A DNA stretch of 63,180 bases, counting the filler, from Reticulomyxa filosa (lineage: Eukaryota > Protista > Foraminifera), in assembly GCA_000512085.1 (NCBI GenBank). It is 18 parts of 18 records of this genome, joined end to end, with 100 filler letters (N's around TTAATTAATTAA, not from the genome) between each part and the next. Parts side by side here need not be neighbours in the genome. Positions count along the whole stretch, not along the records: positions 39,817 to 42,828 come from ASPP01004117.1; positions 42,929 to 45,744 come from ASPP01001550.1; positions 45,845 to 46,866 come from ASPP01004348.1; positions 46,967 to 48,437 come from ASPP01018697.1; positions 48,538 to 51,835 come from ASPP01019029.1; positions 51,936 to 57,702 come from ASPP01037964.1; 12 more parts are not named here. One strand, written 5' to 3'. The notes below the pieces were generated by a model that did no database searches, was not told the DNA's origin, and saw only the letters and a program-made list of their open reading frames with translations. The stretch's first letter is position 1. Every line of letters starts with the position of its first letter. The position numbers and the translations under genes are program-made. Below, one piece after another: positions 40,231 through 52,049 of this stretch.

Positions 40231-41945
40231 TAGAAAAAAAAAACATTAGATACTTCAATTCATATCAAGTGCTTCACGCTTAAGCGTCAATGTGCAAAAT
40301 AGGAATTCATTCTTGCTGTCAAGAATACGTATTAGAAAAAGGAACAAAAAGACGATAAAGAAAAAGAGGAATAGTGTCTGAATCCAATAAAGCCAATGAT
40401 AACAAAAATAGCAGTAATATTGGTGATTGGAAGTTGGGCAAGTTCTTTGGCCATGAAAATGAACTCTGAAATTCTAAAAGAGCAGAAGAAGATGATAAAA
40501 TATGAATAATAAAACAAGAGTAAAAAAAAAAAACGATGCTTGTGCTTTTGAAATTCCACTTTCTAGAATATTGTTTTACTGATGACGGTAATATTGTTAA
40601 CTAAGTTGAACAAGAAATGGTTCTTCCACCATTTTTTGAAAGTTTGAATAATTATTTAATAGTGTTCAATCATTATTATCACCAATCTTTTTCTTCCATC
40701 ATATCCTACATGATCGTATGAACGCTCTCCGTTGGATAATTTCCTTGATCCTCACCATGTTGCATTTCTCTCACAAGTCTGTCATTGTTTCAGTGTACAT
40801 GATTCATCAGTTGTTCATCTTTATATGCAACGCATCATTTCCTCTTTAGCCTATGTGATCACAAGGACAATCACGTGCGCACAATAAAAAGAACGACCGA
40901 CTCGTGTATTTATTATTCATCCTATCACATTAATTACATCTTGATTATATATTCTCCAAATAGTTAATTCTTTGGTTGCTGTAATTATTATTATTATTTT
41001 CTTTTTTTACTTCAAGGTACGTATAATACACTCATATATGTCATCTCCAAAAAAAAAAACTCACTAATTATGCACGTGCTCTTTCCTTTTTTTGAACCTC
41101 GTCCAAAGTAATCTGTCTTTTTAATTGACCCCAAGTTGACAACAGTGCCCACAGAACAATGAATTCCTTTATGTAGACGTTCTTTATTATTTTTTTGTAG
41201 AGCCAAACAATAATTTTTCAATTTGCAAATCCCAATGTTTGGAAACTTCGCTTTGACAATAAAGTTTGTCATCCACCACTCTTAATCCCAAATACTGCAA
41301 TTGCAAGTGTATTTGATGTGTTCTTGACGTTTCCACGTCACAATTAATATAAGAGAATACATGCTTTCCTCCATGCTGTGATAATTGATGGAGCAGATCA
41401 TCAGCTTTTTTTTCATTTCCTTCAAAGGCATTAATACATGCACTGCAATGATGATTGATATTTCATCATGTCAATTTCAAAATTTTCTAACCTTGAAAAA
41501 ACTTAGTAAACAGAATGATAAGGATTGACAATATGTTTCAAGTTTTTATTGAGTTTTTGTTTTTCCATCTTCCACGCGAATCATTTTTGTTTAATTTGAG
41601 CCAAATGGTGCATGAGGACACAGCCAATTTTATTTTCGTTAAGAAAATCCTGTTGAAAGCCAATTTCTTTCTTCTTGGTGCCACGTGATATATATATTTT
41701 TGTTTTTGAGATGCTTGAGATCAGAATCAGCGCTTGTTCCATCATTTGGAAGTCGTTGCATTATTTTTTGATTTTTTTACAAACCTTTTTTTTTAATTTT
41801 ACCCCCTTGCAATACATGATCGATGTTAACAGATTTTAGTGTTGTGTATGATCACAATGAAGAAATGTGTAAACACTAAAAAAAATATATTATGCACAAC
41901 TGGCCGACATTGACTAATTCAATGAGCAATTCAGTAACCTCGTCG

Positions 41946-42596
41946 TCAATATTTGTTGGTAATATAATTGAGACAGTTGTTAGTAAGAAGCGCGTTTGGC
42001 TGCATCAAAATGTAGCGAATTTTGTCGGCGTATTGCAATGATGTGAGGGATCCATGGCAAAGAATAAAACACTCCCTACGCAAGAAATTGTTGTTGTTAA
42101 AGTTGTTCCATTGATTGAGTAATTCTTTGATAGAAAGTAAAGATTTACCAAACACCATCAATCCACTCGCTTGACGGTCCATACGATGAATTAATCCTGG
42201 TGTCATTGTAAAATTGAATGCATTTATGTGCGGAGGCAACATTTGCGCCTGCTACTCTAACGTAAATGCATTGTTTTGTATACACTTGTGCATTGTTTTA
42301 TTTTACAAAGTTTTAAAATATTTGAATCTTTCACGTATTTTTGGTGGTCTTAAGTTTGCAATTTGAAAATAAATGTTCTCCAAAAGCTCAAAAATGTAAC
42401 AAAAAAAAAAACGATGGAAATAGATATGCCAAATCATCCCATAATCGAGGAAAACAAGATGCAAGGTCTTATACAAGATAGAGTGAATCATAAAATTGAA
42501 AATGTCTCCTATAAAACGTATGAAGTGAGCAAATTTTTTTAGGCCGATGGAAATGACTTTTTCCCAAATTTTTTTGCTCGAAATTTTTTTGAACAA
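41946..42596 (-). pseudogene. RluA-family pseudouridine synthase remnant
   Basis: PGLIHRMDRQASGLMVFGKS matches the HRLD..TSG motif; upstream YGMIWH is in another frame. Flanks are disrupted. Confidence 0.6.
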
Positions 42597-43440
42597 ACAA
42601 AATAGTTACAACCGACCTCCACAAACAAAAGCAGCTAGAACGGACGAAAATGGAAATAGTATCTAGTAGTTGTGCAGGTGCTAGATGTGATTTTTGTTGT
42701 TGTTGTTGTTGTTGTTGTTCTGTTCTTTTCACATAAGAAATTTCGAATCAGACACAATAATGCATGAGAGGAACTTCCAACCTCAATTTTTTTTTTTGCT
42801 GAATAATAGGACTTATTAATAATAATACNNNNNNNNNNNNNNNNNNNNNNNNNNNNNNNNNNNNNNNNNNNNTTAATTAATTAANNNNNNNNNNNNNNNN
42901 NNNNNNNNNNNNNNNNNNNNNNNNNNNNCTTGACACAACAACTTGCAAAGTTGAGTGATAATGCTTTGCCTTTTTCACTTCTTCATTTATTAATCCATCA
43001 TCTGGTGTCCTTTTTGTTGTGTTTCTTTTGATGTTATTATTATCAACATCTATCTTGTTCTGCTGCTTTGCCGTTCCATAATCTTAGGAATTCGATAGCC
43101 TGGAATTTGAAATATCAATCCCATGATTAATTCCAATTCCAATGCCACCATGCATACCAGCAGCAATTGATTTACTAGTGGCAGACATGTTCGGAAGTGT
43201 AGTTAACATGTCTTACCATTAGAGCGGATGCTTGAACCAATTCCATGTTGTGTATTTTGTGCAATCATGGCTTGCAGTAGAGACGATTGGGGTCCGGATC
43301 GCCTTGTTATCAGCGAGTGGGTTTCGGTTTTGCCCGAGGTTGGTATTTGCCTCGAGATTGTCAATTTCACGGAAGGCGTCGAACACCCTTAAGGTTAAGC
43401 TAGATCGATACCCTCTCACACAAGCCGCCCGTTGCCAGTG

Positions 43441-43735
43441 TATGAGAGATGGATTGAAATACAAAATGAGACATGAATTTGGATTAAAAGGTAAAATGTA
43501 TTGTTGGTTGGATAGCTTCCTATCTGATAGATTTGGACAAGTGGTACTGAATGGAATGAATTCAAGCATTAAACGATTTGATACAGGTGTACCACAAGGA
43601 TCATCTTTATCTCCTTTGCTATTCCTATTATACATTAACGACATCACACAAGCAGTTCAACATCCAATCCAATGTGGAATGTTTGCAGATGATGTTGCAT
43701 TATGGACATCCATTTATACCAGTGATGAAGAAGAG
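43441..43735 (+). mobile_element. Non-LTR retrotransposon RT fragment (domains 3-5)
   Basis: WLDSFLSDR..., GVPQGSSLSPLLFLLYIND and MFADDVAL. Confidence 0.92.
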
Positions 43736-44579
43736 ATTAACTTCGAAGTTCTTTCAGATACTGCTAGATGTTGAAGTAGCTAGTTGTTCTATCTTTGCCT
43801 TCCTTCAAAATCAACTTTTTTTTCAAAAGTTTATCTCGATGATGAAAAAAAGTATTTTTACTTTGAAATTTGAATAGAAATATTGATCAGGTTAGCTGCA
43901 AGTTGTGATTGTTGGTTAACCAACATTGTATGCAAAGCCTATCTCTAATCAAATATCATTTCAAAATCCAAATTAATTAAAATGTCTACACAAAACACAC
44001 AATATGTAACTATAATCAAAAACTCTTCACTAACAACAAAATAAAATAACAAGAAATCTTTTATTTAAGAAAAGTTAAAATGAAAAATAAAAAGTATTAA
44101 AAAAAAATAATTTTATTTTAGATCTCCCTTGTACGAAGATAAAAGGCATTCTCAGTGGAGTGGCTGAGTGTCGCGTTGTGCTAGAATATGATGTGTCCCC
44201 CTCTCTTCATTCTGCTGCAACACCCCTTTCTTCTTAAGGATAAAAAAAACTTTTTTCTTATTATAATTTAACCCCCAAAATAATTAAAACTCAAACAAAA
44301 AAAATTTGAAATTTAAAAAATTGCAGGTGCTTTGTCGTTGCTCAGGGCAGTTGAAAGATGTTTCTCGCCCTGGGGGCGACCACCCTAAGGGTTTCTTTTT
44401 GTCCGGTTTCACTGGGCTGCGCTTCTTTGGCCTAATCTTATCCTCCATGTCGAGATTAGCGACATGGACAGCATGTCCATGTAGGTTGCTTGGGGCTTTA
44501 TCTCCCACTTTTCTTAAAATCTCCCTTAACCACTTATTTGAGTTGGTCTTTGATGATGGGAGATGTTGTTTTTTTTTTC

Positions 44580-45160
44580 ATACTTGAATTACAAGCCCTG
44601 CGCCTCCAATGCCAGGATTTGAATATGTGCTTCCATCACAAAATATCGCAATACAATCATTGTCCAACGATACCAGAATCTGATCTAGAGCTGTTCACTG
44701 AAGATTAAAAAAGGTGATTTATTTGAATGTGGCATCATTGCAATTTGCATTGGTGGAACATTTGGTATTGTATGAGAATGGTTCAACTATCGGCACACCA
44801 GCCTCATCTGCATGGATACATCCACGAGATAATGCTGACAATTTACCAATCCATGAGATATAATTCAAACGAGTCTTTGGTCTCGATTCATTCCAAATCT
44901 TGTTGCCAGCACAAGATTATGATCATTGAATCGACCTGACCATCTGATGCACTTGTGATACAACTTCACCTCTTCTTGTCTTCGTCGCCATTCAAGAAGA
45001 GGAAGTTGTGAAATAACGTTGACTGTGTCATAAGCAGCCTGGTTTATTGCAATCCTTTGTATCCTTTTCAATCGTCTCTTATGAGTGTCTGCTGCACCAT
45101 TCCAAATGCTGATGCATACTCTAGACTGGTCTTGTATATGGATAAATTTGGTCTGATACC
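44580..45160 (-). mobile_element. Non-LTR retrotransposon fragment: RT thumb plus start of RNase H
   Basis: SLEYASA(F)WNGAADTHKRRLKRIQRIA...LEWRR across a frameshift, then IAIFCDGSTYSNPGIGGAGLVI (RNase H motif) at ~44585-44665. Confidence 0.82.
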
Positions 45161-45371
45161 TGAATGAAGATTGTAGAAAATGAAATATAATTCAAACAAA
45201 CAATGAAACAAACATCAAATTTACTTCGGTTAAAAAAAAATTTCGGTATTTGTGAGTCCTAAAGGACAATAATTAATTCACTAGAGCATGAAAGCTCTGT
45301 ACGATTGTATGACGTGTTTGATGAATCCCCGGGGGACACAATAACAACCATTTATTTCTTCTTTGGGTTTT

Positions 45372-45490
45372 GAAGAATGTAATCATATAAAGTATCTTGG
45401 ATTGTTTCTTAATTCACATGACTTATTCCAAGCATGTTAATTACATCTATGGCAAAGCAGCAAGGAAACTTGGATATTTGACATTCGTAC
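45372..45490 (+). mobile_element. Non-LTR RT fragment (domain 7)
   Basis: HIKYLGLFL, frameshift, then MTYSKHVNYIYGKAARKLGYL. Confidence 0.75.
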
Positions 45491-45844
45491 AAAGCACATA
45501 TTAAAGTTTTTGCGAATGCAGCATGTTGGATCAAAATCCGCTATGTATTTCCTTTTTTGAATTGTGAGTTCTGGATCTCTCCAGGAGATTTGGAGACTTG
45601 TGATACCATCGGTCTGATCAAAATTTACATTGGTATTCCACAATTTGAGAAAGAAATATTAATATGTTTTTAGTTATTGTTTTGTGTTATATTTTTCTTT
45701 CAGACTTTAATGCTAAATCTTTTTTTACTTTTGGATTAAAGATCNNNNNNNNNNNNNNNNNNNNNNNNNNNNNNNNNNNNNNNNNNNNTTAATTAATTAA
45801 NNNNNNNNNNNNNNNNNNNNNNNNNNNNNNNNNNNNNNNNNNNN

Positions 45845-45886
<42 letters not shown>

Positions 45887-45889
45887 AGG

Positions 45890-46783
45890 CACGAAAAGAA
45901 CACTCATTATTGGAAGCGCTGCAAGCAGTGGACGACATAAGCACGAACGCAATGGACGACGAGAAACTGATTCAAGACATATTGGTGGACAGTATCCACG
46001 TAGGACAGCCTACGGTAATGGAAAAGACGAAACCTCGGGTAATAAATGATGGCAATGCGCTTACTGTAAATACGTTTAGCGGCAATAACCACATGGTCAT
46101 TTCTCAAGGAAATGCACTCACTTCTACTTCCACTACGCCATACAACTCCGGTAGTCGTCAGTCCATAACAATATCTGGAGGATTTCACAATTCCAATTCC
46201 AATTCCAATTCCAATTCTAATTCTAATTCTAATTCTAATTCCAATTCCAATTCTCATCGAACGCCCGCCACACAATCCACGTACAGCACCGATATCAACG
46301 CAAGCTTTTTCAAAAATGCCGCCACTTCCAATCGTCAATTGCAAACGCAGGCCGGAAATTCCCTTCCTCTTTCCTCCTCGTCACTCAAGTCGCAATCAGG
46401 AAAAGAAAAACAAATGGAATTCTTGTCCAAATCGTTGGCGTCCGATGTTGCAAAAAAACAAGATGTTTTGTATATACATATTCATGTACATATACATATA
46501 TATACGTATATATACGTATATATACATATATATACATATATGTATATTATATATTATATATGTTTTAGGCCATTGTAAATTTGGAGATGGCAAATTCAGT
46601 GCTGGGAAAACAAGTTGCTGATTTGCAACGCCAATTGCAAGATATGCGACAACCCGCGCGCGTTAATGCAACTTCTTCTCCTGCACCTCAAGAAAAACGT
46701 GACAACGCTGAAGAACGTGTCAACAATTCGCGAGGTGACAATCAGACTAATCTTATGTCGTCTGTGTCCATTCGTTTGCCATA
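45890..46783 (+). CDS. Low-complexity Ser/Asn-rich hypothetical protein fragment with (NS)n repeat
   Basis: Long ORF 45910-46460 containing (AATTCC/AATTCT)n at 46188-46254. A TA-rich intron-like segment precedes a coiled-coil exon. Confidence 0.5.
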
Positions 46784-46829
46784 AATGCCAGTATGGTAAT
46801 CTTATTTTTTTTTTTTTTTTTTGGTTTTT

Positions 46830-46866
<37 letters not shown>

Positions 46867-46966
46867 NNNNNNNNNNNNNNNNNNNNNNNNNNNNNNNNNN
46901 NNNNNNNNNNTTAATTAATTAANNNNNNNNNNNNNNNNNNNNNNNNNNNNNNNNNNNNNNNNNNNN

Positions 46967-47655
46967 AGAGCCTGGGCCGACAGGTTCGCACGATCCCAGT
47001 CGAAGAACACCATGAACGACGGCGGGGCGACGACCGGAGCCGGCGGCGGCGGAGCAACCGGAGCCGAGCCGAACTTGAACTGCAGGCCCAGCATCACGCT
47101 GAAGTTGTTGTTCGTCCAACCCACGCCGTTCACGGTCGGGTTCGACGTGCCGTAGTAACGGCCGTCCAGGTTCACGCGGAAGTTCGTGTCGGCGTTCCAG
47201 CCGAGACCGATGATGCCCTGATAGGCGAACACCGTGCTCGACAGCGACGAGTTGCCGTCGACCAGGCCCAGACCGGCGCCAGCGCCGATGTACGGGGTGA
47301 TCACCGAACCCGGCATGAAATCGTACAGCAGGTTCGCCATGATGCCCAGCTGGCCGACCTGGTTGTTCACGGCCGTGCCCGGGACGCCGACGTTCGTCGG
47401 GTTCCAGCGATAGATGCCTTCCAACTCAACGCGCGGACCAACGAAGTCGTAGCCGATCACGCCACCAGCCATCCAGCCCAGCTGCGGGGTCACGCTCACC
47501 GTCGGGAACGCCGGGATGTTCGTGTTCGCCGTGAAGTTCGTCAGCCAGTTGATGCCGCCCTCGGCACCAATGTAGATGCCCGGCTGCGGAGCCTGCGCCT
47601 GCGCAGCAACCGGCAGCGCGACAATGGCGGCGGCCGCCAGAAGAGCCTTCTTCAT
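46967..47655 (-). CDS. Alphaproteobacterial OmpA-like outer-membrane protein, C-terminus truncated
   Basis: Signal peptide MKKALLAAAAIVALPVAAQA, beta-barrel PYIGAGAG/FAYQGI, Pro linker, then FMVFFDWD. AAGGGAGA Shine-Dalgarno upstream; GC-rich and intronless. Confidence 0.92.
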
Positions 47656-48129
47656 CAGATATCTCCCTTACTTGCACAGCCCGTCGCCAAGAGGGCGAGG
47701 GCGAAAATTCGTCGTGATAACGAGTGGAATGTACCCGACCTCCTGCAGATAACGCCACTAAGTTAGGCATCGCAGACTCATTGTTGCCGCGACTGTGGCG
47801 CCTCAGCCACAGCGGCGCGCCCCACGCATCATAAGTTTCACAATAGGACTTTATAAAAACACATATAAAACAGACTGTTATCGGTTTATCACAGCGGATG
47901 TCACATGCACCGGCAATGCAGTCAATTCACACCCTGAAATCCTTCGGCCGTGCGATTTAGTTGCAAAAGCAGACCTATTGGAGCCGAGGAATTTGACTCC
48001 ATGCAAAGCGAGGCTCGACATGGCTGCGTCTATCGCTGCCTCGGAAGGCCTCCTCGGCTGGTCCCTTGGCAAGGAACGCTGACGAACGCGCCACGTTGAG
48101 AGGGCCCTTCCCTCAACGGAGTTCCCCGC

Positions 48130-48437
48130 ATGCGTACCCTCCTCGCCACGGCTGCAGTCGCTGCGGCCACTGCTCTCGTCGTGCCGGCACTCGTGTTCGC
48201 CCAAGGCACGCCGCAAACCGTCCAGCTCGTGAAAGTCGATGTCGTCAAGGTTTCGACCGGATACCGTGCCAGCAAGGTACTGGGCTCCTCGGTCGTCAAC
48301 GAGGCCGGGGACACGGTCGGCAAGATCGACGAGATCATCGTCGGTCCCGACGGCAAGGCGCCGTTCGTCGTGCTCTCGGTCGGCGGTTTTCTGGGCGTCG
48401 GTGACAAGCTGGTCGCCCTGCCCTACGAGCAGATGAG
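48130..48437 (+). CDS. PRC-barrel domain protein (bacterial), truncated
   Basis: Signal peptide, then YRASKVLGSSVVNEAGDTVGKIDEI...VLSVGGFLGVGDKLVALP. Confidence 0.92.
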
Positions 48438-48539
48438 NNNNNNNNNNNNNNNNNNNNNNNNNNNNNNNNNNNNNNNNNNNNTTAATTAATTAANNNNNNN
48501 NNNNNNNNNNNNNNNNNNNNNNNNNNNNNNNNNNNNNTG

Positions 48540-49702
48540 TATCAAAATCGTCGATCCATCCAAATTTTATTTGTAAAATCTCGATCCAATGTTGAATAAT
48601 ATGTTTCATTTCACTTTTTACATGTTTAGTGTAATTTATTTATATTTCATAAAAACAAAAACAAATCATTACCAAATGTGAAAGATTAAATAAACTCAAG
48701 TTAATCTTCATATGATTTGATATTGCTTCATTTTTATCATTTAATCTTCCGATTATATGTATATGATCATCGTCTTCACTGAATAATGCAACACAATATG
48801 TCAATGGTATATATAAATTATTTTGAATATCAACATATTCATTATTTCTAATTACAAATTTATATATTTTTGCCGAAGCAATACTAATATAAGTACATAC
48901 ACCAAATAGTAATATCATGCTATCAACATACACGTACCCATAATTGCCTGATTTTGATAGTTGATCAGATATTTTAATATGATTAAAATAAAATTTATTA
49001 TTATATTAATCATATTTAATTAATATACATGACTTATAATAAAAAAATAACATTTCTTTATATGATATTCTTATAATACAATGATCAGATATTGTTTCAT
49101 TGTCTTTTAATTGGTAGATTGTCATCTTTTATAAATTGATATGTATTTAAATCAAATACAATAATACAATGTGGATAATAAGTGATAAATAACAAATTAT
49201 TATTTATTCCACCAAGTACTGCAAGCACTACATAATAATTATTAGAATCTTTTTCAATCTTAATTATATTATTATTGTCTGTGAAAGGGGTCCATTTATT
49301 TTGATTGTTTTCTTTACTTAAATTATCACAAACTCTTACATATTTCATAATTAATGTATGTTTGAAATGTCCACCAAAACACAACAAATTGACTTGATTA
49401 CTGTCTTTGTTGTTATATACTAATTTCACTACACAGTGTCCCCATAATATAACATCATTTGGAAAATCACAAATAAACTTATATTCATTTTTAATTTTAT
49501 GATAAGAATAACAAGAGTTTTGGTCGTAGCCTCCACAAATGAGGATTTCATGTTTATGCAACACACATTGAGATTTAATAAATGGAATAGTCAACTCCTT
49601 CAAAGTTTGAAATATCTGGTCAGTCGTTGCCATTGTCGTTGATGTTGTTGGTGTCGGCGTTGGCGTTGGTATTGGCACTGTCGCAGTCGTTGAATTTTTC
49701 AT
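48540..49702 (-). pseudogene. Kelch-like beta-propeller family member, disrupted
   Basis: FQTLKEL..., SQCVLHKHEILICGG, GHCVVKL, LLCFGG. Several in-frame stops at ~49000-49100, then it resumes with ILLFG and HIHIIG. Confidence 0.75.
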
Positions 49703-50280
49703 ATCTTTGTTTCACATTCAAATATTGACATCATGTGCTTGTCAAATCCACTCTCACCCTCTTCTCAAAGTCAAAGCAATGTCATTGACTTTTTTTAATT
49801 ATGTTTGATATAATCACAAAATATTCAAAAATGACACTTTTTTTAAATTATTATTATTATTATTATGTTTATTTGTACATGCTGTATTGCACCAAAAATC
49901 GTCCAAGAGATTGAGTTGATAATCATAGTCGGTCCACTGGTTATCTTCGTTATGTTGGGCTTGCAAAGGAACATTGGACGATAACAGCGGCAACAGCAGC
50001 GAAGACGAAGACGAATGTGACAATAACGATTTGAAATCTTGCTATTTCCTTTCAACTGCAACTGCAATTGCAGTGACATCATCGTCGTGATTATTGTTGT
50101 TGTTATCATTGTTATCGTTGCTCTGCACGTCCATTATTGCCACTAAGGCGTCGTTGTCACTGACCACTTGAGTATGCTGCTCCGTTGGCTGTTCCTTGTC
50201 TTTGATATCTTTCAAATCGATGTAGCTATGACTGTGATTGTTGTCGAATGGTACCAAATGCGAAAATAAATCATTCATCT

Positions 50281-51180
50281 TCAATGAGGACTCTTTTTGT
50301 CATTGTTCAATTTTTCCCAGAGTTCTTCTTGTGTTAACATTCCATATTTACCATGTCCAATGTTATGAAGTTTTTGGTTTTCACTGACTCTTTTCATCAT
50401 TGACTCCTTTAGTATAGTTTTTTGTAGAAGTTGTTGATCAAATGCCTGGTTTTTGTCAAAGTCCATTTTATCGTTCATATCAAATGTTTTTGGCATGTTA
50501 CGCACAAGATCTTGTAACAGCATTGCCAGTTTTTCTTTTGCTATTTTTGTTTTGTTTAGATAGCCCAATGACTATTACAATATTGATTAACAAATTTAAA
50601 AAAAAATGACAAAAACATTTATCTAAAGAATAACAACAGAAAAAAGAAATCATTACATTGTTTGGAGGGTCGCTGGAGATCAAATAATTGCTCTACACTT
50701 GTTTCAAATTTGTCCATTGCTTCTTTTAGTGATGGATCTCCAAAAACGATATCACATTTATGCTGTTTCGCATATTTCAAGCCATATGCATACTCACGGC
50801 CAAATAATATTCCAAACAATTCCCACGGTTTTATTACACCTTGAGAACGACTGAACAATACATATGATGATGGACATTCAGTTTCAAACCATTTCAACGC
50901 TACTTCATGGGCGGTTGCTTCCAACAAATTGTCTTCCAATCTTTTGTTTTAATATAAACCCATGTCTTTTCATCTTCCCTCCTCTTCTCTCCTCTCTTTT
51001 CTTTTCATTAGAGTTGGAATCAAAAAGCTTGGAAAAACAAGAAATTTCTTGAAGTTTACGCACTTCGCAATAACTCAACTTTTCAAGTAGATTTGCTCTA
51101 CTCTTACAGAGTTGCAAGAACACTGTATCCGGTTTTATTGTGGTCATCACTTGTTGGATTTTTTCTAGACCAAAATTTGA
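50281..51180 (-). CDS. TraB/TraBD-domain protein, multi-exon or disrupted
   Basis: IKPDTVFLQLCKSR and GREYAYGLKYAKQHKCDIVFGDPSL match TraB motifs (P+.V.+ELC..R; G.EF..A...LGDR). Confidence 0.55.
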
Positions 51181-52049
51181 ATATTGACTACCAATAAGAA
51201 ATACATTTTTCTCTTTGTCTCACATTCAATAAGAAAGAGCAATTGCTATGTTGAAACCTTTCAACATTCAAGACATTGCTTTTCAGTGATGAAATTGCTT
51301 CCAGCAGATGATTTATTTTCATTATTGCAACACAAATGATTTGAAAAATGCCATTTGCAAAAATGAAAAAAACTAACAAACTTTCATCATTTTTTTTAAT
51401 TCAAAGTCGATAAAAACAGCAAGGTAGCCAAAATATTATATTTTATGGAAAGTTTGTTGAAATAGTGACTGGTAATAGAAGAGAAGAAAAAAAGTGTGTA
51501 ATTCCCTTTCAAACACAAAACCAAGATTTGTCAGATTTCCAAGATTATTCGATGTCAAGACCAAACACAACAACTTCCCCTTTCCATCATCTTTCACAGA
51601 TACAGGATCTATTATCTTTCCAGAATCATTCTATAGCCTCATCCCTTGTTCAAGGGTGTCCATGCTCCAATGCGAATCAACTTTTGGGACATTTTGCAAA
51701 CATTGGCAAAGCTGTAAATATTGGGAATGTCCCAATGTATGGGTTGAGTCAGAGTAGTCCACCATCGACATTTGTGCAGTCAAACAGCGGTATGGTTAAT
51801 CATTGTCCCGTGTCATCTTTGTCATATGTTGGCAANNNNNNNNNNNNNNNNNNNNNNNNNNNNNNNNNNNNNNNNNNNNTTAATTAATTAANNNNNNNNN
51901 NNNNNNNNNNNNNNNNNNNNNNNNNNNNNNNNNNNAAAAAATAAAAAATGACAAATGGAAAAAAAGATTGAAAGAGAAAAAGAAAAAAGAGAAAAAGATA
52001 TAGAAAAAAATAAAAAAGAAAAAAAAAAAAAGCAATAACAGTAGCAAAT

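Noticed and set aside
43405-43440. Resemblance to the SSU rRNA 3' motif (ACACACCGCCCGTCGC)
   Set aside because: Short imperfect match only; the flanking rRNA helices are absent.
45280-45345. Small hairpins with TTGATGA, as a possible hammerhead or SECIS element
   Set aside because: Lacks the GAAA/UH core and the SECIS 3' GA pair.
46967-48437. Horizontal transfer of bacterial genes into the host
   Set aside because: The whole contig is bacterial and bounded by spacers, with no junction to host DNA.
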